This document shows, one piece after another, positions 49,904-59,642 of a stretch of DNA of 64,000 nt. Origin of the DNA: Desulfobacterales bacterium (GTDB taxonomy: Bacteria; Desulfobacterota; Desulfobacteria; Desulfobacterales; UBA2174); NCBI GenBank assembly GCA_963668645.2, contig CAXXWC010000018.1, positions 64,001-128,000 of the forward strand, written 5' to 3'. The position numbers and the translations under genes were made by a program. Each line of letters opens with the position of its first letter. Position 1 is the stretch's first letter. The notes beneath the pieces were generated by a model. It was given only the letters and a program-made list of their open reading frames with translations. It did not search any database and was not told where the DNA came from.

Positions 49904-51645
49904 CCGGTCATCTCAACCTGGCGGGCCAGGATCAGGGTGTCGGGTTCGGTTTTCGGCGGAACATTGAGGAAGTTGAGCGTTTTCTGGCAGATCTCCTTGA
50001 AAACCGGTGCGGCCACGGTTCCCCCGTAATGGCCGCGGCGCGGCTCATCGATGACCACCAGGACCACGATGCGCGGTTTTTCCAGCGGCGCCAGGCCGAT
50101 AAAGGAGGAGACGTAACGGTCGCGGTCATAGCCGCCGCCCGGTTTGACCTTATGGGCCGTGCCGGTCTTGCCGCCGGCCTGGTAGTCCTGGAGCGCCGCT
50201 TTGGTGGCGGTGCCGCCCGATTCGAGGACCCCGGCGAGCATGGTCCGGACCTTGCGCGCGCTGGCGGCCGAAACCACCTGCCGGATCGGACGGGGTTGGG
50301 TCTGGTGGATGATCCGGCCGCGAGGGTTGCGAATCTCCTTGATCAGGTACGGCTGCATCATGACCCCGTCGTTGGCGATGGCGCCCATGGCGGTGGCCAA
50401 TTGCAGGGCCGACAGGCTCAGTCCGTGACCGAAGGCGATGGCCCCGGCGTCCACGGTGGTCCAGCGCTGGTAGGGCGAAAGGCTGCCGGCGGTTTCCCCG
50501 GGGAAGTCGAAGCCGGTGCGATCACCGAACCCGAAGCGGCGCAAGGCGGCGTGAAAATTGGCCCGCCCCAGCCCCTCGCCGATCTTGACGGCACCGATGT
50601 TGCTCGAATACTTGATCACCTCGGCCATGGTGAGCCAGGCATGGGGCTTGGTGTCGTGCACCACATGGTTGGCGAGGCGGTATTTGCCGTTTTCGCAGAA
50701 AAAGCGGCTCTCGGGCGTGTAGGCGCCGGATTCCAGGGCTGCGGCCGCGATGAACACCTTCATCGTGGAGCCGGGTTCGAAGGCATCGGTGATGCACCGG
50801 TTGCGCCATTGCCGGGCTGAATAGTCGGGGTAATTGTTCGGGTTGAAGGTCGGCACCTGGGCCATGGCCATAACGGCGCCGGTGGACGGATCGAGCACCA
50901 GCGCCATGCCGGATTTGGCCTCATGGTCGATGACGGCCTGGTTCAAGGCGGTTTCGCTGATGTGCTGGATGGTGGCGTTGAGGGTCAGCATCACGTCATT
51001 GCCCACCGGTACTTGAGCGGCTAGCGAACCGGTACCGAAGCGGCGGCCCAAGGCGTCGCGCATGACCTGGTGGGCCTGGGTTTCGGTGTTGAGGTCGGCT
51101 TCGCAGTGGTGTTCGATGCCCTCCAATCCTTTGCCGTCGACGCCGCAAAATCCGAGCACTTGGCCGGCCAGGTGCTTGTTGGGATAATACCGGTTGTATT
51201 CACGGTGAAAGGTGAGCCCTTTCAGGTTTAGGGCTTCGATCCTGCCGGCCTGGTCCGGCGGGACCTGGCGTTTGACCCAGACAAAGCGCTTATCGGTGTC
51301 GAGCAGACCGGTCAGATCGGCGGCCTTGATCCCCAAAACGGCGGCCACCTGTTTGGCGGTTTGCTTTTTATCCGAAATCTGCCAGGGATGGGCACCGATG
51401 GAGGCAACCTCGAGGCTGACCGCCAAAGGGCGGCCCTCGGCGTCCCGGATCATGCCCCGCTGCGCGCCGATATAGACCGAGGTTTGATACTGGCCGGCGG
51501 CCCGGGAGGCCAGGTCGGGGGCGCAAAAGACCTGAACGTGGACGGCGCGGGCCGCGATGATCAGCAGCAGAGCATGGAACCCGACGCCGACAAGCCAAAC
51601 GCGCAGGCGAACAAATTTGTCCGGTTTGTCCGGCGATTTTGTCAT
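49900..51645 (-). CDS. ftsI: Penicillin-binding protein 3
   Basis: EPGSTMK (SxxK), SSN, KTGT. Confidence 0.95.
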   Translation of the reverse strand: MTKSPDKPDKFVRLRVWLVGVGFHALLLIIAARAVHVQVFCAPDLASRAAGQYQTSVYIGAQRGMIRDAEGRPLAVSLEVASIGAHPWQISDKKQTAKQVAAVLGIKAADLTGLLDTDKRFVWVKRQVPPDQAGRIEALNLKGLTFHREYNRYYPNKHLAGQVLGFCGVDGKGLEGIEHHCEADLNTETQAHQVMRDALGRRFGTGSLAAQVPVGNDVMLTLNATIQHISETALNQAVIDHEAKSGMALVLDPSTGAVMAMAQVPTFNPNNYPDYSARQWRNRCITDAFEPGSTMKVFIAAAALESGAYTPESRFFCENGKYRLANHVVHDTKPHAWLTMAEVIKYSSNIGAVKIGEGLGRANFHAALRRFGFGDRTGFDFPGETAGSLSPYQRWTTVDAGAIAFGHGLSLSALQLATAMGAIANDGVMMQPYLIKEIRNPRGRIIHQTQPRPIRQVVSAASARKVRTMLAGVLESGGTATKAALQDYQAGGKTGTAHKVKPGGGYDRDRYVSSFIGLAPLEKPRIVVLVVIDEPRRGHYGGTVAAPVFKEICQKTLNFLNVPPKTEPDTLILARQVEMTG

Positions 51646-51920
51646 GGCAGCCTCCTGATCTGTTCCGGAGTGGGACGCTGCAGCCCGAGACGCCGGGCCG
51701 CTTCGGCTTCGATCCGTTGCGGCATGCGCAGGCTGGCCAGTTCCGTCTGGAGCTGCTGCTCGGTTTTCTTCAGCTGTTGGTGAGCGATTCCGGCCCGCTC
51801 CAGGCCGTAACTGACGCTGCGGCATTGCACCTGAAACCAGGTATAGACAAACAGCTCGAGGACCAGCACGAGAAGGACCGCCATTTTCCAGACGGTGCGA
51901 TTGTCCAAAATCCTCGTCAT
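51642..51920 (-). CDS. ftsL: Cell division protein FtsL
   Basis: TM helix plus coiled coil ending RIEAEAARRLGL; lies between rsmH and ftsI. Confidence 0.85.
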   Translation of the reverse strand: MTRILDNRTVWKMAVLLVLVLELFVYTWFQVQCRSVSYGLERAGIAHQQLKKTEQQLQTELASLRMPQRIEAEAARRLGLQRPTPEQIRRLP

Positions 51921-52861
51921 GGGGTCGCCAGCCTTTCCACGGCCCGCAAATGGGTGCTGCGGGCCAGAGGATTGGCGGATACTTCCGCCGGGTCCGGGCG
52001 CTGCGGTTTACGGGTCACCAGCCGTACCTGCGGTATCCGCCCGCAGACACAGCGGGGAAGGCGGGGCGGACACTGGCAGGGGTTGGCCAGAAGTTTGAAC
52101 TGCTGTTTGACGATGCGATCCTCCAGGGAATGGAAGGTCAGCACCACCAGCCGCCCGCCGGGCCGCAGCAGTCCGGGAGCTGTCTTCAGGAACATCTCAA
52201 GGCATTCCAGTTCCCGGTTAACCGCGATGCGCAAGGCCATAAAGACCCGGGTGGCCGGGTGGATGCGCCTCCCCGAGGCCCGGGGCCGGCTTCCGGCCAC
52301 CAGCCGGGCGAGCTGGCCGCTGGTGGTAATGGGTGTAAGCCGGCGTACGGCCACGATCTTGCGGGCGATGCGACGGGCGTGAGGTTCTTCGCCGAATTCA
52401 TACAGGAGGCGACTCAGCTCCTCTTCGGACAAGGACTGGAGCAACTCGGCGGCCGTCGGGCCCTGGCTTGGATCCATGCGCATATCCAGGGGCTCATCGC
52501 GCTGAAAGCTGAAACCCCGGCCGCTGCCCTCCAGATGGTGCAGCGACAGTCCCAAATCGGCCAGAATGCCGTCGAGGCCCTGGATGCCGAGTTCGGCCAA
52601 GGTTTCGGGCAAGCGGACAAAGTTGCGTTGAAACAGGTGAACCCGTTGGCCCCAGGGCGCCAGTGCCTGCCTGGCGTTGGCGATGGCATCCGGATCCTGG
52701 TCGAGGCCGATCAATATACCCTCCGGGGCGGTAAGCGCCAGGATTCGACGCGCGTGGCCCGAAGCGCCGAGGGTGCAGTCGGCCACGGTCCGCCCCGGAG
52801 CCAGGTTCAGGGCTTCCATTGCTTGCTCGGGCATGGCCGATGGATGGCGGTACGGCATCAT
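51917..52861 (-). CDS. rsmH: 16S rRNA m4C1402 methyltransferase
   Basis: DCTLGASGH, DLGLS, RGFSF, LDMRMD, FHSLEDRIVK. Confidence 0.96.
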   Translation of the reverse strand: MMPYRHPSAMPEQAMEALNLAPGRTVADCTLGASGHARRILALTAPEGILIGLDQDPDAIANARQALAPWGQRVHLFQRNFVRLPETLAELGIQGLDGILADLGLSLHHLEGSGRGFSFQRDEPLDMRMDPSQGPTAAELLQSLSEEELSRLLYEFGEEPHARRIARKIVAVRRLTPITTSGQLARLVAGSRPRASGRRIHPATRVFMALRIAVNRELECLEMFLKTAPGLLRPGGRLVVLTFHSLEDRIVKQQFKLLANPCQCPPRLPRCVCGRIPQVRLVTRKPQRPDPAEVSANPLARSTHLRAVERLATP

Positions 52862-53307
52862 CAAAGCCCCAACCGCGCGATTTCGCTGCGAACCTCCTCG
52901 CTTTGCATGTCTTCTTCCAGGGCCTGGTTTTCACGCTCCCAGTTTTCCCGGCTCCAGATTTCGAAGTGGTCCAGGACCCCGGCCAATACGATGTCGCGTT
53001 CCAGGCAGGCGTATTCCCTCAGGGAAGGCGGCACCAGAATCCGTTCCTGGCGGTCACAGGGACATATAAAAGCGCCACCGATGAAAACACGCCGGAAACG
53101 GCGCATCGAAACACTCTTTTCAGCCAAGGAGAGAATTCGGGTTTCGATCTTGCGCCATTCATCAAGGGAATAGGCCACCAGGGCGCCGTCCATACGCGAG
53201 AGCATCACCGCGTCGGTGCCGCTGGCCTTGATGATGTCGCGGAACCGCGCCGGAACGATGATGCGCCCTTTGGCATCGATGGTATGATAGGAACTACCAC
53301 GGAACAT
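52861..53307 (-). CDS. mraZ: Division/cell wall cluster repressor MraZ
   Basis: MFRG...IDAKGRIIVPARFR, DRQERILVP, HFEIW. Confidence 0.95.
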   Translation of the reverse strand: MFRGSSYHTIDAKGRIIVPARFRDIIKASGTDAVMLSRMDGALVAYSLDEWRKIETRILSLAEKSVSMRRFRRVFIGGAFICPCDRQERILVPPSLREYACLERDIVLAGVLDHFEIWSRENWERENQALEEDMQSEEVRSEIARLGL

Positions 53308-53316
53308 AACCTTGCA

Positions 53317-53453
53317 CCCACAATCCTCCACTTTTTGAAAATAAAAGACCAAAAGGCCGTTTCTGTCAAGGGAAAAATGTAAAGTCGTTCAGAAGATTTT
53401 CATAGTAATTAACATAATTTACTCTTTCTTGGGAAGTGGTGGATGATTGTGGT
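53317..53453. promoter_or_regulatory. Candidate MraZ-binding repeats (GTGG at 10-bp period) in two opposed arrays
   Basis: Minus strand GTGGAGGATTGTGGG (53331-53317); plus strand TTGGGA-agtg-GTGGAT-gatt-GTGGT (53429-53453). Confidence 0.6.
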
Positions 53454-53558
53454 TGTAATTTATGCCAAGGCGGCTTTTATATTCACTTTTGCCCATGCCT
53501 TGACAGACCGATCATGTCCCGGTAGACAGGGGCACGAACCATATACTTAGAATTGAAA

Positions 53559-54503
53559 ATGCTTGATCTTTTTGAAGGTCCTGAAAAGAAACTGGAAATT
53601 CTTCTCCACCGGCCCGATCAGACCCTTCGTGACGACCCGGGCGGCCGGTGGACCGGAGTGGTCCAGGCCAGCGGTGCGGCGATCATCAGCCGCATCTGCG
53701 ATGAGCACCTTGACGCCTACCTGCTCAGCGAATCGAGCCTTTTTGTCTGGAACGATCGCATCCTGATGATCACCTGCGGTGATACGACCCTCATCGACGC
53801 CGTACCGGCCATTATGCATTTGGTGGATCCGGACAATGTCGCCATGGCGTTTTACGAACGCCGTCGGTTGATGTTTCCTCAGGCTCAACCGGAAGCCGCC
53901 GATTTCGAAGCCGAAGTGATGCGCCTCAGCCGGTGGTTCGGCGGACGGAGCTATCGGCTGGGACCGGCCAACCACGACCATGTGCATGTTTTTTTTGCGG
54001 GCCGTACTCCGGTGCATCTGGACCAGGACATGACCCTGGAACTGCTCATGACGGGATTGGCGCCGGAGCGGGCAGCGCTGTTTTACACCCGCCATGCCGA
54101 CAGTCCGGCCACCGGGGCGATCCTGGCCCGCCTGAAACGGCTTTTCCCGGGAATGCGGATGGACAGTCATTTTTTCGAGCCGCACGGGTACTCGCTCAAT
54201 GCGATTCGAACCGATGTATACTGCACCGTTCATGTCACGCCCCAGCCCGAAGGCTCCTATGCCTCTTTTGAGACGAATCTGCGCCAGGCAGATCTTCGCA
54301 GCCTGGTCGACGGGTTGATCGATATTTTTCGGCCGCAGCGTTTTTGCCTGGTGGACACCAGGACTCTGGGTTCGGGTTCTGTTTCACAACCGGATCGGTT
54401 CGGATTGCCGTTTCAAGGCTATGCGGTCACCGAGGAAGGCCGCCATAAGTTTGACTGCGGTTACGCGATCCGCTTTTTAAATCTGATCCGCGCTTCGAGC
54501 TGA
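53559..54503 (+). CDS. speD: S-adenosylmethionine decarboxylase proenzyme, eukaryote-like (class 2) type
   Basis: FEGPEKKLEI, YLLSESSLFV cleavage motif, TCG, GYSLN, TVHVTP, SYASFETN; directly upstream of speE. Confidence 0.88.
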   Translation: MLDLFEGPEKKLEILLHRPDQTLRDDPGGRWTGVVQASGAAIISRICDEHLDAYLLSESSLFVWNDRILMITCGDTTLIDAVPAIMHLVDPDNVAMAFYERRRLMFPQAQPEAADFEAEVMRLSRWFGGRSYRLGPANHDHVHVFFAGRTPVHLDQDMTLELLMTGLAPERAALFYTRHADSPATGAILARLKRLFPGMRMDSHFFEPHGYSLNAIRTDVYCTVHVTPQPEGSYASFETNLRQADLRSLVDGLIDIFRPQRFCLVDTRTLGSGSVSQPDRFGLPFQGYAVTEEGRHKFDCGYAIRFLNLIRASS

Positions 54504-54532
54504 GGCCTTCATCCCGTGAAGAGGTTGATTTG

Positions 54533-55414
54533 ATGAGCGACGTTGCCGACCGGCCGGATCTGTGGCTGCGCGAAGTGCACCAGGATGCGGTGGCCTTGGC
54601 GTTTCGGGTGGTGCGCACCATTTTCTCCGGCCGCAGCGACTATCAACGGGTGGATGTGGTGGAAACCGCCGCCCACGGCCGGATGCTGCTCAACGACGGA
54701 GTCGTCATGCTCAGCGAGCGCGACGAGTTCGTCTACCACGAGATGATCGCCCATGTGCCGCTCTTCGTGCACCCGGCGCCCCGGCGGGTGCTGATCGTCG
54801 GCGGGGGAGACGGCGGCACGGCGCGCGAGGTGCTGCGCCACCGGCAAATCGATCAGGTGGTGCTGGTGGAAATCGATGCGCTGGTAGTCGAGGCCTGTCG
54901 GCGCCACCTGCCGGCGGTGGCCGCATCCTTCGACGATCCGCGCCTGAAGCTGATTATTGACAACGGGGTGACTTACGCGGCCCGGTGCCGCCGGACCTTC
55001 GATGTGGTGATCGTCGATTCGACCGATCCGGTGGGCCCGGCCCAGCCGCTCTTTGATGAGGCTTTCTATCGCTCGGTTTTCCGGCTTCTTTCCGATGACG
55101 GCATTCTGGTGACCCAGGCCGAATCTCCCTTTTACGACAACGCCTTGCAGCGCCAGATGCTCGCCCGCCAGCGGTCCTGCTTCCAAAGGCTGCACCTCTA
55201 TCTGTTTCCGACCCTGACCTATCCCGGCGGGTTGTGGAGTTTCGGCTTTGCTTCCAAGGGGTTCTGCCCTGTGGGCGATTTGGATCCCGGCCGCATCGCT
55301 GCCGCCGATCTGGCCTGCCGCTATTACAGCGCCGCGGTCCACCGCGCCGCCTTTGCCCTTCCCAGATTTCTGGTGGAATCGCTCGGGGCGCTTCTCGATC
55401 CGCTGACGCTGTAG
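54533..55414 (+). CDS. speE: Spermidine synthase (polyamine aminopropyltransferase)
   Basis: DEFVYHEMIAH, LIVGGGDGG, VEID, DSTDPVGP, YPGGLW. Confidence 0.95.
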   Translation: MSDVADRPDLWLREVHQDAVALAFRVVRTIFSGRSDYQRVDVVETAAHGRMLLNDGVVMLSERDEFVYHEMIAHVPLFVHPAPRRVLIVGGGDGGTAREVLRHRQIDQVVLVEIDALVVEACRRHLPAVAASFDDPRLKLIIDNGVTYAARCRRTFDVVIVDSTDPVGPAQPLFDEAFYRSVFRLLSDDGILVTQAESPFYDNALQRQMLARQRSCFQRLHLYLFPTLTYPGGLWSFGFASKGFCPVGDLDPGRIAAADLACRYYSAAVHRAAFALPRFLVESLGALLDPLTL

Positions 55415-55541
55415 CCCGCCTTTGCCGCCTTGATACGTATTTGCGCTTTTCAGGAAACGGTCTTTTGTGGTAGCGCCTGGCGGACCGGCTGGCGCCGGGA
55501 ACGACTGCACAAAACCTTTGCAACCCCCCGGAGAGGCTCCC

Positions 55542-55997
55542 ATGCGCCGTAAAGACAAGGAAATTGCTGGACTGGATCGGATCGAGGCGGTGATCCGGCG
55601 CGCCACGGTCTGCTTTCTGGCCCTCTGCGACGGGGGCCAGCCATACGTGGTGCCGCTGAGCTTCGGTTATGCCCGCGAGCGGCTCTATTTTCACTCGGCA
55701 GCCCAGGGGCGCAAGATCGACCTGATCCGGCGCAATCCACGCGTCGGTTTTTCCCTGGAGGCCGGCCATACCGTGGTCGAGGCTGAAAACCCCTGTAGTT
55801 GGAGCCTGCGCTATGAGAGCGTCATCGGTGAGGGGCGGGCGGTCATGGTGGACGATCCGGCGGAAAAGCGTTTCGCCTTGGCGTGCATTTTGGCGCATTA
55901 CGGCGGCACAGCCCAGGCCATCGATGACGGGCGGCTGGCCGGGACATCGGTGATTCGCGTCGACATCGCCAAGATGACGGGAAAGCGTTCAGTATGA
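55542..55997 (+). CDS. Pyridoxamine 5'-phosphate oxidase-like / NimA-family flavin-binding protein
   Basis: MRRKDKEI, PYVVPLSFG, LYFHSA..GRK, YESVIGEG. Confidence 0.85.
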   Translation: MRRKDKEIAGLDRIEAVIRRATVCFLALCDGGQPYVVPLSFGYARERLYFHSAAQGRKIDLIRRNPRVGFSLEAGHTVVEAENPCSWSLRYESVIGEGRAVMVDDPAEKRFALACILAHYGGTAQAIDDGRLAGTSVIRVDIAKMTGKRSV

Positions 55998-56683
55998 AGC
56001 CGAAGACGGTGAGGCGCCACGCTTCGATCACGGATCAAGAGGCCGTGGAGCGGATGTGCCGCGTGGCCCGCCGCATCTTCAACGCCGCCCGCGGCAGCCA
56101 CGGTTGGGACCATACCCTGAGGGTGGTGCGCCTATGCGAGCGGATGGGGCCGCTGGAAGGGGCCGACATGACGGTGCTGCGCATCGCCGCCTACCTGCAC
56201 GACATCGGCCGCGGCCGCCAGGATGCGCTCAACGGGGCCCTTTGTCACGCCGACCAGGGGGCCCGGATGGCCCAGCGGCTGCTCGGGCCGCTGGGGCTGA
56301 GCGCCGAACGGCGCGATAACGTGGTCCATTGCATTCACAGCCATCGTTATCGTTGCGACCCGCCGCCGGCCACCCTTGAGGCGCGGATCCTCTTCGATGC
56401 CGACAAGCTCGACGCCATCGGGGCAGTGGGGGTAGCCCGGGCCTTTCTTTTCGCCGGCGAACTGGGCGCCCGGCTCCACTGCCCCGAAGTTGCGGTAGAT
56501 CGAAGCTCACCTTACGGCCCCGAGGACACCGGTTACCGCGAGTACATGGTCAAACTGCGTTTCGTTCACCAGCGGATGCTCACCGCCAGCGGACGCCGTC
56601 TGGCCGCCGCGCGCCACGACTTCATGACCCGCTTTTTCGAGCGTTTCCTGCAGGAAATCGACGGCCGCGACGACGGATGCTGA
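55994..56683 (+). CDS. HD-domain phosphohydrolase
   Basis: SHGWDHTLRV, YLHDIG, DADKLDAIGA. Confidence 0.88.
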   Translation: MKPKTVRRHASITDQEAVERMCRVARRIFNAARGSHGWDHTLRVVRLCERMGPLEGADMTVLRIAAYLHDIGRGRQDALNGALCHADQGARMAQRLLGPLGLSAERRDNVVHCIHSHRYRCDPPPATLEARILFDADKLDAIGAVGVARAFLFAGELGARLHCPEVAVDRSSPYGPEDTGYREYMVKLRFVHQRMLTASGRRLAAARHDFMTRFFERFLQEIDGRDDGC

Positions 56684-56731
56684 GTCTTCGCGCGCCGGCC
56701 CTTCCGGCCATGCGAACGGCGCTTGGAGGGG

Positions 56732-59461
56732 CTATGCAGCGGTTTTGGCCAGGGCTTGGACCGTTTGTGGATCCAGGTTCTGGTCGTAGCGGATGTGCAG
56801 AGAATATTCGTTGGCCATCAGGTCGTTGACCCCGATGACGGTGCCGCAGGTCGATACTTTGCGCGGGGCTCCGGCCAGCGGGATGACAAATTCGAGCTGG
56901 AGCCGCCGGCCGAGCAGGATGCGGGCGGTTTGCGAATTGGCCGATCCGATGCAAAACGCGATCCCACCTTGCGAGCAATCGCACAGGGCCCCGAGAAAGG
57001 GGCGTCCCACGGCCCGCCCCTTGCGATCCTGGATTTGGACCTTGATCCTCCCCTGAATTTGATAGCGCGGATAGCGGCGCCGATCCATGCCCCGGCGCCG
57101 GAGCTGTTCGGCGATGGTGTCCTGGCGTGCGACATGGTCTTGCAGTTTTGACTTGAGTCCGGGATGGTCGGGGTGGAGTTTTTCCAGAAGGTCGCGGGCC
57201 AGGCATGTGGCCGCCACCGGACCCATCGCGATGACGGCCACGGTGGACACCGTGGCTTTGAAAAAGCTGTCTGCGCCCACGATGCTGCCCGTTTGGGGCC
57301 GGTCGATGAGCATCTCGCGCGAACCCTGGCGGTGAACGATCTTGACCGTCCCTTGATTGATGAAGCAGAGCCGGTTGTTAATCCGGCCCTGGTGCACCAG
57401 GGTGTCGTCAGGAGCGAAGTTTTCCGCTGTCATGGCGTGGAAGAGAGCGTTGCGCTCGGCTTCGCTGAGCTGGGCGTACAGAGGCGCGAAGGTTTTAAGA
57501 TGGTCGGGGTCGATGGCCCGGGATTTTTCCGCTTCGATGATTTCCCCGGCCTGGATGATCGGGCCCAACGCCAGGGCGTCGATCTCGTAAAGTTTTTCAT
57601 GGAGTCGTTCGGCCTCGGCGAAGCGCTTGGCCTTGGCTGCGGCGGTGACCATGGCCAGCAGGTGCGCTACGGCGGTCTCACTCTGGCCGGCGGCCGCCAG
57701 GCGGTCGATTTCAGCCTCGGTCGCCGGGGGGCTGGAGGCGGGATGCGGGGCCTGACCCGGCGGTGCGGGCTTCGATGCGGCGTTGGGGCCTGGATCGGCG
57801 CGGAGCAGCGCCAGGGCTTGGCGTGCGGCGCTTTCCACCTGTTCTGCCGGTCCTCGGGAAAAGAGGCCGTGGGGCTCAAGGATCTTTGAAAGCGCCGGAA
57901 TCGCTGCCGTATCACCGATGCGCCCCAGGGCGACACAGATTTTCTCCGCCAGCGCTTCGCCGGCTTTGGGGTAACGCGGTGCAAAGGATTCGAGCATGGC
58001 CGTCAGGGGGGCCGCAGCCGGCCGGTAAGCCAAGGCGCCCAGGAGCGTTACGACATTGATTTTGAGATGCTCATCCGCATCGGGCAAAAACCGGAGTAGA
58101 ATTTCCCCGCGGCGTTCGTCCTCGACGGTATAAAGGCCGCTCAGGGCTTCACGCTGGATACTGGGGTCCGGGTTGGCGAGCAGGCGTTCGAAGACCGGCA
58201 GATCTTCGGGGCGCCCGATTTTGCCCAGCAGTCCGGCCAGATTGCGCAGGTAGTACCACGGCCCGCCGTTGCCGATGCGGTGCAGCACCGGCCCGCGCAG
58301 TCCGTCTCCCAGCTCGGGCAGCAGACGCATCAGATGGCTGCGTTCACGGCGGATATCGGTGACGCGAAGCTGTTCGAGCATGAAATCGGCCGGGGCCGGC
58401 ATCAAGAGGCGCAGGATCCGGGCAATGACCTCCTGGATGGCCGGCGAACCTTCCAGGTGGCTTTTTATCAACCCGTGCAGCAGCGATTCTTCGGCGATGC
58501 TCTCCATCAGGGTGCGGATCAGGTTGCGCATTCCCGCGGGGCAGGCGCTGTTTGCCGCTGCGCTGTCAAGCGCTTCCAGGATGCGCCCGGCGGACCGGAA
58601 ACGTCCGTTGCGAAGATGGGTCTGAACCACCGCCTTGATATGGGCGAAGAGACTTTCCACGGCCGGTGAGGAGTGGTCCGGTTCGGTGGCGAAGCTTTGG
58701 TTCAGAAGGGATGCCAGGGTTCCCGATTCCAGGCCGAGGCCTGGCGCGCCTTTCTGCCCGCCGGTGCGCGAACCGCTCCCGCCATCCAGGTCGGCAAGCC
58801 CGGCAAGCAATTGATCGAAAACAGCCTGGGTCTCTGCCGACCGGCCGCCCTGGGCCAAATCCGCAAAGGGCTGCAAGCCTGAATAAAGAACCCGGGTAAC
58901 CTCCTGGGGGCCTGCTCCCGGCGTTTCGGATATGCCGGTTTGGGGTGAGGCCGCGCCGGCCTCCGGCTCTGCTTCGTTGGCCTCTTTAGCCGGAGCGATG
59001 CGCTGGCCCTTGTCCAGGGCCACGAAGCGTTTTTCATCGATGCGGATATGGGGCAGGTGCCGCCGTTTGACCAGGGCTGCCATGCCTCCCGCGGCGGCGA
59101 TCTTATCGGCCTCGCCGCTTAGCAGCTCGAGAAATACATGCAACTCGTAGAAACCGAGCCCCCGCTGTAACGACAGGGTGCGCACCCCCAACTCGATCAT
59201 GGTGTTCAGGAAAGCACGCACTTGGGGTCGTTGCAGGATTTTTTCATTCAACGGCTGATCGTCGACAATCAAGACCTTTTCGGCTTCGGCAAAAACCACC
59301 TGCTCGGTTTGTGAGAGCAGAAAGGAGACGCTCCGCTGGACCTTGTCCAGGGCGTCTTGAATCATGGGGTTGCCGCTTGGATAGAGGCGCAGGGTGCGAA
59401 TCGCGTTGTTGATGGCCATGATGGTCTGGACGGCGTCGGCCTGAATACTGCTTTTGGGCAT
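56732..59461 (-). CDS. HEAT-repeat protein with cNMP-binding-like and PilZ domains
   Basis: HEAT repeats (WYYLRNLAGLLGKIG, ALGRIGD), cNMP fold (LVHQG...CFINQGTV), PilZ motifs RRRYPR and DCSQGG. Confidence 0.8.
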   Translation of the reverse strand: MPKSSIQADAVQTIMAINNAIRTLRLYPSGNPMIQDALDKVQRSVSFLLSQTEQVVFAEAEKVLIVDDQPLNEKILQRPQVRAFLNTMIELGVRTLSLQRGLGFYELHVFLELLSGEADKIAAAGGMAALVKRRHLPHIRIDEKRFVALDKGQRIAPAKEANEAEPEAGAASPQTGISETPGAGPQEVTRVLYSGLQPFADLAQGGRSAETQAVFDQLLAGLADLDGGSGSRTGGQKGAPGLGLESGTLASLLNQSFATEPDHSSPAVESLFAHIKAVVQTHLRNGRFRSAGRILEALDSAAANSACPAGMRNLIRTLMESIAEESLLHGLIKSHLEGSPAIQEVIARILRLLMPAPADFMLEQLRVTDIRRERSHLMRLLPELGDGLRGPVLHRIGNGGPWYYLRNLAGLLGKIGRPEDLPVFERLLANPDPSIQREALSGLYTVEDERRGEILLRFLPDADEHLKINVVTLLGALAYRPAAAPLTAMLESFAPRYPKAGEALAEKICVALGRIGDTAAIPALSKILEPHGLFSRGPAEQVESAARQALALLRADPGPNAASKPAPPGQAPHPASSPPATEAEIDRLAAAGQSETAVAHLLAMVTAAAKAKRFAEAERLHEKLYEIDALALGPIIQAGEIIEAEKSRAIDPDHLKTFAPLYAQLSEAERNALFHAMTAENFAPDDTLVHQGRINNRLCFINQGTVKIVHRQGSREMLIDRPQTGSIVGADSFFKATVSTVAVIAMGPVAATCLARDLLEKLHPDHPGLKSKLQDHVARQDTIAEQLRRRGMDRRRYPRYQIQGRIKVQIQDRKGRAVGRPFLGALCDCSQGGIAFCIGSANSQTARILLGRRLQLEFVIPLAGAPRKVSTCGTVIGVNDLMANEYSLHIRYDQNLDPQTVQALAKTAA

Positions 59462-59642
59462 CGGTTCTCCTTTACCGGCGCGATGTATTTCCCGCTGGGC
59501 GAGCTGGATTTCTCAAATTGAGTCATGTGTTTTTTTTTGTCAATCCGAGAGGCGTCTTGACGGGCCCTTAGCCTTGCAGATATGAGTCAAGGCAATCGAT
59601 TTGGATTTTCCATCACATGTCGAGTCGAAAGGATCGCTGATC

